From the NCBI GenBank assembly GCA_965368975.1, contig CBDUPA010000012.1, forward strand, positions 83,540-147,539: a stretch of DNA of 64,000 nucleotides. Reading direction: 5' to 3'. The notes under the pieces were generated by a model. The model was not told the origin of the DNA. It worked only from the letters and a program-made list of their open reading frames with translations, and did not search any database. The position numbers and the translations under genes are program-made. Shown here piece by piece: positions 27,081 through 34,698 of this stretch (its first letter is position 1; every line of letters starts with the position of its first letter). The stretch comes from an uncultured bacterium (GTDB lineage: Bacteria > Acidobacteriota > Thermoanaerobaculia > Multivoradales > JAHZIX01).

Positions 27081-28733
27081 ATGAGCGACGACCAGTTCAA
27101 GTGGCCGGTCTCGGACACGCCGCCTCCCAGGAGCATGCCGACGGGGAGCCGGCCGCCGGGTGGTTTCGACTTCCCGTCGCGCCGCGGCTTCCTGGGCCGA
27201 CCGGGGGGCCGCTACCGTGCTGGCGTTTTCGCCTGTGGTGGCGGCGGGCTCGGCCCGATCCGTTTCGATCTCCTGCCGCCGGAGGAGGACGTCAAGGAGC
27301 CGCCGGAGTTCGCCACCTTCATCGGCCAGCGCTTCATGGGCATTCCGGTGGAGTGGGAGCAGACGCATCTGCCGACCCACATGCGCGAGCCACCGCGCGA
27401 GCTCGAGGAGAGCCCGAGTGCGGTTGCCGTGCGCGAAGGACGGCTGGAGCGGCGCGGTCGTCTGGGCCGCCTGGTGACGCCGCACGGTGCCATCTTCACG
27501 CCCGCCTTCATGCCGGTGGGCACGCTCGGTGCGGTCAAAGGCTTGCCGTCCTGGGAGCTCGAAGCCCTGGGCGCCAACGTCATGCTGAGCAACTTCTACC
27601 ACCTGGCGGTGCGGCCCGGTCTCGAGCAGATCATCGCTGCCGGTGGTGTGCACGACTTCACCGGCTGGCGTGGCCCGATTCTCACCGACAGCGGCGGCTA
27701 CCAGATCTGGAGCCTGCCGGATCTGCGCAAGATCGACGACGACGGCGTCAGCTTCCGCAACCATGTTGACGGCTCGCCGATGCGCCTGACGCCCGAGTCG
27801 GTGGTCGACGGCCAGTACTGGATCGGCGTCGACATCGCCATGGTGCTGGACGAATGCCCGCCGGCCGGCGGTAGCTACGAGGAAGTAGCGGCGTCCTGGA
27901 AGCGCACGCTGGCGTGGGCCGGCCGGGCGCGCGACGCCTGGGCGCGCCACGACGCCGAGGCCGGGCTGTTCGGCATCGTCCAGGGCGGTGTCTACGATGA
28001 CCTGCGTCGGCGCGCGGCACGCGATCTCGAAGACCTCGACTTCGACGGCTACGCCATCGGTGGTGTCAGCGTCGGTGAGCCGGAGGCCGACCGCCGCCGC
28101 GTCGTCGAGGTGACGGCACCCGAGTTGCCCTTCGACAAACCGCGCTACCTGATGGGGGTCGGCTATCCGCTCGACATCGGTCACGCCGTGCTGCACGGTG
28201 TCGACCTGTTCGACTGCGTGCTGCCGTCGCGCAATGCTCGCCATGGCTTGCTGTTCCAGCGCGGCGGGGGTGTCGTCAAGATCAAGAACTCCCGCTACCA
28301 GCATGCCCACGGCCCGATCGACGCCGCCTGCGCCTGCCCGGTGTGCCAGCAACACACGCTGGCCTTCGTGCACCATCTCTTCCGCTGTGGCGACATCACA
28401 GGCCAGGTCTTGGCGACGGTGCACAATGTCTACCATTACCTTGACTTTATGTCGGAGCTTCGGCAAGCTATCGCGACCGGTGTGCTGGTGGAAACCATCG
28501 CCGACTGGTGTGGTGTCGATCCGGCTGAGCTGAACGTCAGCGAAGAAGAAGCCGAACTCGCCCGCCAGGGTGTGGCGCTTCGGGAGCGGGAACGCGAACG
28601 GTTCGAAGAAGAATCGATTCGCCCGACTGCCGAGGAGTGGGCCGCGTCGAAACGGTTGGCGACACAAGCGGCGCAATACGCCGACGCCACAACCGCTCCG
28701 GCGCCCGCTCACAAGCCGAAGAGAAGGTCGTAG
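27081..28733 (+). CDS. tgt: Queuine tRNA-ribosyltransferase (tRNA-guanine transglycosylase) with N- and C-terminal extensions.
   Basis: Core ...GRLVTPHGAIFTPAFMPVGTLGAVKG...LSNFYHL...DSGGYQ...GGVSVGE...C.C.VC..H zinc site. Strong RBS GGGGGGAG before the ATG at 27081. An alternative start at ATG 27381 would remove the ~100-aa extension. Confidence 0.8.
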   Translation: MSDDQFKWPVSDTPPPRSMPTGSRPPGGFDFPSRRGFLGRPGGRYRAGVFACGGGGLGPIRFDLLPPEEDVKEPPEFATFIGQRFMGIPVEWEQTHLPTHMREPPRELEESPSAVAVREGRLERRGRLGRLVTPHGAIFTPAFMPVGTLGAVKGLPSWELEALGANVMLSNFYHLAVRPGLEQIIAAGGVHDFTGWRGPILTDSGGYQIWSLPDLRKIDDDGVSFRNHVDGSPMRLTPESVVDGQYWIGVDIAMVLDECPPAGGSYEEVAASWKRTLAWAGRARDAWARHDAEAGLFGIVQGGVYDDLRRRAARDLEDLDFDGYAIGGVSVGEPEADRRRVVEVTAPELPFDKPRYLMGVGYPLDIGHAVLHGVDLFDCVLPSRNARHGLLFQRGGGVVKIKNSRYQHAHGPIDAACACPVCQQHTLAFVHHLFRCGDITGQVLATVHNVYHYLDFMSELRQAIATGVLVETIADWCGVDPAELNVSEEEAELARQGVALRERERERFEEESIRPTAEEWAASKRLATQAAQYADATTAPAPAHKPKRRS

Positions 28734-28932
28734 CCAAGATCTCGTGACGAGCTTCGTGACGGAGCGCGCTACGACAAGCCACAGACTGCCCTCCGCCGGC
28801 AACGTCCGCCGCTAGGAGCGAAACAACCCCCGAGTCAGAAGAATCCGCGAGCCGAGCGGTCACGGTCCGTTTCGGGACCGTCGGAGAAGCGTCGCCTCGG
28901 TGCCCGCGGGGCAAAGTTTTCAGGAGCACAAC

Positions 28933-29334
28933 ATGTCGATTTCATGGCTGCCCACGTGGATTGGGCCGCTCGCCACGGATGCTTTGGCTGGTCCTTTCAG
29001 CACGTTGGAAGGGCTGGGTAGGTTCTTGGCGCAGGCCGGCGGAGCGGGTGCAAGCGCGTTCGGTCAGCTGGCGCCGATCATCATCATCGTCGTCATCTTC
29101 TACATCATCGTCTTCCTGCCGCTGCGCAAGCAGCGCAAGCAGCACGCCACGATGTTGGAAGAACTACAGAAGGGCGACAAGGTGGTGACCAACGGCGGCC
29201 TTTACGCCGAAATCGTGTCGGTGGACGCGGACACCGTGATCGTCAAGGTGGCCGACAACGTCAAGCTCCGCATGATGAAGTCCGCGGTGGCGGGCAAGCA
29301 GGGTGAGGAACTCACCGGGAGCACGCAACAATGA
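28933..29334 (+). CDS. yajC: Preprotein translocase subunit YajC.
   Basis: TM segment IIIVVIFYIIVFLPLRKQRKQ and ...LQKGDKVVTNGGLYAEIVSVDADTVIVKV... CAGGAG RBS. Confidence 0.85.
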   Translation: MSISWLPTWIGPLATDALAGPFSTLEGLGRFLAQAGGAGASAFGQLAPIIIIVVIFYIIVFLPLRKQRKQHATMLEELQKGDKVVTNGGLYAEIVSVDADTVIVKVADNVKLRMMKSAVAGKQGEELTGSTQQ

Positions 29335-30914
29335 ACAACAGTCTAGTGATTCGCGCCCTGGTGATCTTGGGCGTCTTGGTGTGGGCGGCGTTCTCCGCTT
29401 ACCCGCCGCAGGAGAGCATCAACCTCGGCCTCGACCTGCGCGGCGGCATGCACTTGGTGCTGGAGGTCGAGACCAACGACGCTCTGCGCGCCGAGACCGA
29501 CCAGGACATGGACACGATGCGGGGCCAGCTGGCCGAAGAGGGCATCACCGGTGTGGTGCTCGAACGCAGTGCCCCGGCGGCCGACGGTAGCGTCTTCGCT
29601 TTCACCCTCAGCGGTGTGCCCGCTGGCGAGGACGACACGGTCGATCAGATCCACACGGATTACCTCGGCGACGATTGGGACATGAGCCGCAGCGGTGACA
29701 CCTACCGCTTCAGCCTGACCGAGAGTGCCAAGCGCGACCTGCGCAGCCGCACCGTCGACCAGGCGCGGCGCACCATCGAGCGGCGTGTCGACGCGTACGG
29801 CGTCGCCGAGCCGGCGATCCAGCGTCAAGGTTTCGGCGACAGCGAGCGGCTGGTCGTCCAGCTCCCCGGTGTCGACGACCCGGAGCGCGTCAAGGACCTG
29901 ATTCAGGACACCGCTTTCCTCGAGTTCCGCCTGCTCGATGAGCGCACTCCCAACGGCGCCGGCACGCGCGAGCAACTGCTGTCTCAGTTCGGCGGTACCC
30001 TGCCGGCCGACGTCGAGATCTTCCCCAGCGTGCTGGGACCCGAAGAGAGCGGCGAGCAGTTCTACGCCGTACAGGCCTCCAGCGTGCTCACCGGTCGCGA
30101 CCTGCGCAACGCGTCGGTAGGAGCCGGCGAGTTCAACGAGCCGGTGGTGAACTTCCGTCTCAGCTACGAGAAGGGCACCCAGTTCGGCGAGATGACCTCG
30201 TCCAACATCGGTCGCCGCATGGCCATCATCCTCGACGGCCAGGTGCTGTCGGCGCCCTCGATCAACGGTCGCATCAATGATCGCGGCATGATCGAAGGTG
30301 GCTTCGACCAGGCCGAGGCGCTCGACCTGTCGCTGGCCCTCAAGTCCGGTGCGCTGCCCGCCGGCATCACCACCCTGGAAGAGCGCACCGTTGGCCCGTC
30401 GCTGGGCCAGGACTCGATCGACCAGGGCCTCGAGGCTGGCCTCTACGGCGCCGGCTTGGTGGTGGTGCTGATGTTGGTCGTCTACCTGCTGTCGGGCATG
30501 AACGCCATCTTCGTGCTGGCGATGAACGTGGTGCTGGTGTTCGGCGCTCTGGCATCGCTCGGCGCCACGCTGACGCTGCCCGGTATCGCCGGCATCATCC
30601 TGACCATCGGCATGGCGGTCGACGCCAACGTGCTGATCTTCGAGCGCATCCGCGAAGAGCTGCGGATCAAGCCGGTGAAGGCGGCGGTCAAGGCCGGCTT
30701 CGAGAAGGCTTTCTCGTCGATCCTGGACGCCAACGTCACCACCCTGATCGCGGCGATCTTCCTGTTCCAGTTTGGCACCGGCCCGATCCGCGGCTTCGCC
30801 GTCACGCTCAGCGTCGGCATCTTCGCTTCGGTGTTCACCGCGGTCTTCGTGAGCCGCTTCCTCTTTGACCTGTGGCTCTCCCGCTCGACGGCGGTGGAAT
30901 CGATCTCGATTTGA
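29331..30914 (+). CDS. secD: Protein translocase subunit SecD.
   Basis: 527 aa. Periplasmic domain plus six C-terminal TM helices with conserved SecD motifs. Overlaps the yajC stop. Confidence 0.9.
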   Translation: MNNSLVIRALVILGVLVWAAFSAYPPQESINLGLDLRGGMHLVLEVETNDALRAETDQDMDTMRGQLAEEGITGVVLERSAPAADGSVFAFTLSGVPAGEDDTVDQIHTDYLGDDWDMSRSGDTYRFSLTESAKRDLRSRTVDQARRTIERRVDAYGVAEPAIQRQGFGDSERLVVQLPGVDDPERVKDLIQDTAFLEFRLLDERTPNGAGTREQLLSQFGGTLPADVEIFPSVLGPEESGEQFYAVQASSVLTGRDLRNASVGAGEFNEPVVNFRLSYEKGTQFGEMTSSNIGRRMAIILDGQVLSAPSINGRINDRGMIEGGFDQAEALDLSLALKSGALPAGITTLEERTVGPSLGQDSIDQGLEAGLYGAGLVVVLMLVVYLLSGMNAIFVLAMNVVLVFGALASLGATLTLPGIAGIILTIGMAVDANVLIFERIREELRIKPVKAAVKAGFEKAFSSILDANVTTLIAAIFLFQFGTGPIRGFAVTLSVGIFASVFTAVFVSRFLFDLWLSRSTAVESISI

Positions 30915-30931
30915 CGGAGGCGTAGCCTGAT

Positions 30932-32116
30932 ATGCGATTTCTCACCGATCCGAAAATCGACTTCATGGGCATGCGAAAGGGCTTCATTGTCCTTTCCGTC
31001 GTGCTGGTGTTGTCGTCCCTGTCCTACCTTGTCTACGCCTACAGCAACGACGAGCTGAACGTCGGCATTGACTTTGCCGGCGGTACGCAGATCACCCTGC
31101 AATTCGGGGACACGCCCGATATCGATCAACTGCGCACGATCCTCAACGACGCCGGCATCGCCAAGCCGCAGATCCAGCGCTTCGGCCTCGCTGAGCGCAA
31201 CGAGCTGTTGATTCGCACCGCCACCGTCGAAGGCAGTGAAGAAGGCGCTTCCGACGCCCTCTTCGCCGCGCTCGACGGCGCTTACAACCCCGGTTCCGGC
31301 GCCGGTGACGACCTCAACCGCATGGGCCCCGATGCCGTTGCCCGCCTGCTCACCGCGTCCAACCCGCTCGGGCTGGATCTCATCCCCGGTGCTGTACCCG
31401 ATGAGTACCGGCAGATCGGTGAAGCCGTCATCGCGCAGCGTCGCGACGTCGGCCTACTGGCCAGTTGGGACGACCTGGCGAACATCGACGGCATGAGTCC
31501 CGAGAAGCTGACGGCCCTGCAGGACTCCACGCACCTGGGTGCCTTCTCGCTGCTCAGCGTCGAGAACGTCGGTCCGCAGATCGGCAGCGAGCTGAAGTCC
31601 AAGGGTATCTGGGCGGTCGTCTTCTCGCTCGTCGGCATGCTGGCCTACATCGCCTTCCGTTTCCAGCTGCGCTTCGGTATCGGCGCCGTGGTCGCCATCT
31701 TCCACGACGTCCTGATCACGCTCGGCATCTATGCCTTCCTCGGCTTCGAGTTCAACCTCACCCTGATCGCCGCCTTCCTGACGCTGGTCGGGTACTCGGT
31801 GAACGATACGGTGGTGGTTTTCGACCGTGTGCGTGAGAACATGCAACGCTTGCGCCGGGAGCCGTTGGTCGAGACGCTCAACAAGTCGCTCAACCAGACC
31901 CTCAGCCGTACGGTGATGACGTCCATGACCACCTTCCTGGTCGTGCTGACGCTCTTCGTCTTCGGTGGCCAGGTGATCCGCGGCTTCGCCTTCGTGCTCA
32001 CCGCCGGTGTCGTGGTCGGCACTTACTCCTCCGTCTTCGTCGCCTCGCCGGTGGTGCTGGCGTGGGAAGCCCGCTTCAGCAAGGAAGCACGGACGCGGCG
32101 TAGAGAAAGCAAGTAG
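30932..32116 (+). CDS. secF: Protein translocase subunit SecF.
   Basis: 394 aa. SecF TM core (…FDRVRENM…). Confidence 0.9.
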   Translation: MRFLTDPKIDFMGMRKGFIVLSVVLVLSSLSYLVYAYSNDELNVGIDFAGGTQITLQFGDTPDIDQLRTILNDAGIAKPQIQRFGLAERNELLIRTATVEGSEEGASDALFAALDGAYNPGSGAGDDLNRMGPDAVARLLTASNPLGLDLIPGAVPDEYRQIGEAVIAQRRDVGLLASWDDLANIDGMSPEKLTALQDSTHLGAFSLLSVENVGPQIGSELKSKGIWAVVFSLVGMLAYIAFRFQLRFGIGAVVAIFHDVLITLGIYAFLGFEFNLTLIAAFLTLVGYSVNDTVVVFDRVRENMQRLRREPLVETLNKSLNQTLSRTVMTSMTTFLVVLTLFVFGGQVIRGFAFVLTAGVVVGTYSSVFVASPVVLAWEARFSKEARTRRRESK

Positions 32117-32185
32117 GACGTACGTCGTTCCGTCCGAAATCCGGGTAGGGGCCGCCCTGCCGCGTCGCCACATCCCTGGATGCAT

Positions 32186-32218
32186 CAACCCCCGCCTCTT
32201 GGCGGGGGTTGGTGTTTG
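32186..32218 (+). terminator. Rho-independent terminator after secF.
   Basis: CAACCCCCGCC-tctt-GGCGGGGGTTG followed by GTGTTTG. Confidence 0.6.
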
Positions 32219-32420
32219 CGGGCAAATTCCGTCGCTGTACCGGGATTCCCGGCAGGCAAGAAATGCGCGCCGCGCCGTGCCAGGATTGGCGCAAAAAGTT
32301 CCTCTGTCGTAGGACAAGCCCGGGATCACTTGTGCTCCGAGGCACGGCCGGCCGCCGTCGCCAAATCACAGAGTAAAAAGGGCTTGCGTCGATCCAGGGC
32401 GTGTTCTAGAATTGGAACTA

Positions 32421-33248
32421 ATGCTCTCTCGAATCGCGCGCCACCGCTTCGTGGAATTGATCCGCTCCCTGGACGCCAGAACCGACCTCGCCGAGGTTGC
32501 TTTGGTCGTGGCGGCCGAGACCACGCCCGGTCTGGATATCGAGGCCTACCTGCATCGTCTCGACTCCATGGCCGAAGAAGCGGATCGACGCACGCGTGCC
32601 GCCGAAGAGCCCCACCAGCGCATCGAGACGCTGAACCGCTACCTGTTCGAAGATCTCGGCTTCATCGGCGACGATGACGACTACTACAACCCGCGCAACA
32701 GCTTCCTCAACGAGGTTCTCGACCGCCGCTCCGGCATTCCCGTGACGCTGGCCCTGGTCTACCTCAGCCTCACTCGCCGCCTCGGCTGGCCGGTGGTCGG
32801 TGTCGGTTTCCCGGCGCACTTCCTGGTCAAGTACACGCGGCCGCAGATCCTCGTCGACCCTTTCACCGGCGAAGTGATCAACAAGCGCGAGTGTCGCCGC
32901 CGCTTGCGCATCGCCTTGGGCGACAACGCCGAGTGGCGCGACGACTACCTCGATCCCGCCGCGCCCGTAGACATCGTCCTGCGTTTGCTCACCAACCTCA
33001 AGCACATCTACATCCAGAGCCAGCGTCACGAACTAGCGCTCAGCTGCTGCGAACGCCTACTCCTGCTGCTACCGGACTCGCCCAAAGAGCTGCGGGATCG
33101 CGGGCTGGTACTGCTCGAACTGGAATGCCGCGAGGAGGCCTACGCCGACTTCGAACGCTTCCTCGAACTGGCCCCCGAAGACCCCGCCGCCGAAGCCGTG
33201 CGCGATGTGCTGTCGATGGCACGGCAGCAGATTCCCCTGGTCAACTGA
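32421..33248 (+). CDS. Transglutaminase-like/TPR protein of the SirB1 (UPF0162) family.
   Basis: N-terminal transglutaminase-like region (...RNSFLNEVLDRRSGIPVTLALVYLSLTRRLGWPVVGVGFPAHFLVKY...) plus a C-terminal TPR. 276 aa. Confidence 0.6.
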   Translation: MLSRIARHRFVELIRSLDARTDLAEVALVVAAETTPGLDIEAYLHRLDSMAEEADRRTRAAEEPHQRIETLNRYLFEDLGFIGDDDDYYNPRNSFLNEVLDRRSGIPVTLALVYLSLTRRLGWPVVGVGFPAHFLVKYTRPQILVDPFTGEVINKRECRRRLRIALGDNAEWRDDYLDPAAPVDIVLRLLTNLKHIYIQSQRHELALSCCERLLLLLPDSPKELRDRGLVLLELECREEAYADFERFLELAPEDPAAEAVRDVLSMARQQIPLVN

Positions 33249-33324
33249 GCCTCCTCCTCCGCCTCTGCCTGCGCCGGAACTGAATATTCAGAGAGATAAT
33301 AAATCTTTGCAGCTAAGAGCTTAT

Positions 33325-33353
33325 TTGACAGCGGCTGCAAGCCTGGTTACGAT
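33325..33353 (+). promoter_or_regulatory. Sigma70-like promoter upstream of the precursor-peptide gene.
   Basis: TTGACA, a 17-bp spacer, then TACGAT, in an AT-rich island about 110 nt upstream of the ATG at 33463. Confidence 0.45.
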
Positions 33354-33462
33354 TTCCCCATATTCTCCTATTGCGGGTCCTCTTCTCGAAGCCATTCGAA
33401 TCACGGTCATCCGGAGCCCCAGCGGTTCCTTATCTCACCACGTGACCTTTGGAGGACACATC

Positions 33463-33585
33463 ATGAACAAGAGCAAGAAGCCCGTCTCGCTGAACCTCGA
33501 ACTCGAAACCGTCGAGTCCCGCTGCAAGCCGGGCTGTGGCAGCTCCACCACGCTGCCGCTGTGCACCTGTCCCATTTCTTGCTGA
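33463..33585 (+). CDS. 40-aa Cys/Ser/Thr-rich peptide, a candidate RiPP (lanthipeptide/PEARL-substrate-like) precursor.
   Basis: MNKSKKPVSLNLELETVESRCKPGCGSSTTLPLCTCPISC. RBS GGAGGA 6 nt upstream. The leader contains an FNLD-like LNLELE box. The core has 5 Cys, 4 Ser and 4 Thr. It lies 7 bp upstream of RiPP-enzyme-like genes. Confidence 0.5.
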   Translation: MNKSKKPVSLNLELETVESRCKPGCGSSTTLPLCTCPISC

Positions 33586-33591
33586 GGCGAT

Positions 33592-34695
33592 TTGGCTACC
33601 GGATCGGACCGTGAATCCGGTCCGGTAGCGGTACTCCTGAGCACCGTTTTCGCCCCATCGCCTGGGCAGCCCCCTGCCCCGGTATACACTAGAGGCGTGA
33701 AACAACCCGAGTCTCCGGAATCTGAGCATCCGGACCGTGATCCGGTCCCCGTACCGCCGGCTTCTCTGCAGGCTACTGCCGAGACGGAAGGCAACTACCC
33801 CGACCTGTACCTGGTTGCCGAGTGCGGCGAGCAGGATCAAGAGAAATTGGTGCGCGAACTGGTGGCCCCGATCGTGGCCGAGATCCGGGATCATCCGGAA
33901 CTCGAGTCGCTGTTCTTCGTGCGCATGAGCAAGCCTACCTGGCAAGTCCGCCTGCGTGTCGTCGGAGACTTGGAGTGGTTGCAGAACCGCTGCAGGCGCG
34001 TGATGTGCCTGCGTCTCGACGCCTTGCGCGGCCGGCGGGCGGTGCACGACTTCAGCCTGGGGCACTACGGGCGTGAGCTCGAGCGCTACGGCGGTGAAGG
34101 CGGCATGCGCATCGCCGAACAGCTGTACCACCACGACTCGCTCGCCTGCTTGGACCTGATCACCGCCGAGGCCCGCGGCCTGCTCGAACGTTCGCGGCGT
34201 GAGCTGGCGCTGCTCTACAGCGAGCGGCTGGCCAATCGGTTGGGCCTGCATGGCGAAGACCGCTCGCGCTTTTACCGCTACGGCTACCAGTGGACCTTCC
34301 AGACCGAGACCTGGGACCAGAGCGATGCCGACGCACTAGAAGAACGGTTCGAGCAACTGGAGGCCGGGCTGCGCTCCCTCTTTCCGCTGGGTGGCAAGGC
34401 ACCGCCCGAGACGGATCTCTGGGGCGGAGACGAGCCGGCGCGCGTTGGTGCCGGCCTGGCAGCGTCGCAAGAACCAGCGCTGGCACGGCTGCTCAAGGGG
34501 CACAGGGCGGGGCGCATCGGCGGTGATCTGGCCTACCTCGGCTGGTCCTACTGCCACCTCTTCTGCAACCGCCTGGGCATCGACCCGTCCGGCGAGGCGG
34601 TACAGCGCTACCTGATGCACCTGTACCACTACCGCGTCCGTGCCCAGGGCTCGCTGCCGGGGCCCTTGCTCACCGAAGCGGCCAGCGACACCTGA
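33592..34695 (+). CDS. Putative RiPP-biosynthesis accessory protein (possibly a SpaB_C / thiopeptide-type elimination-domain-like protein). Function uncertain.
   Basis: 367-aa ORF tightly linked to the precursor (7-bp gap) and to the LanB-like gene (4-bp gap). The 5' 150 nt contain two copies of the hairpin GGACCGTGA(A)TCCGGTCC, so the true start may lie downstream. Confidence 0.35.
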   Translation: MATGSDRESGPVAVLLSTVFAPSPGQPPAPVYTRGVKQPESPESEHPDRDPVPVPPASLQATAETEGNYPDLYLVAECGEQDQEKLVRELVAPIVAEIRDHPELESLFFVRMSKPTWQVRLRVVGDLEWLQNRCRRVMCLRLDALRGRRAVHDFSLGHYGRELERYGGEGGMRIAEQLYHHDSLACLDLITAEARGLLERSRRELALLYSERLANRLGLHGEDRSRFYRYGYQWTFQTETWDQSDADALEERFEQLEAGLRSLFPLGGKAPPETDLWGGDEPARVGAGLAASQEPALARLLKGHRAGRIGGDLAYLGWSYCHLFCNRLGIDPSGEAVQRYLMHLYHYRVRAQGSLPGPLLTEAASDT

Positions 34696-34698
34696 ACG

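Noticed and set aside
26934-28802. 622-aa minus-strand ORF antisense to tgt.
   Set aside because: tgt is unambiguous; this is an antisense artefact.
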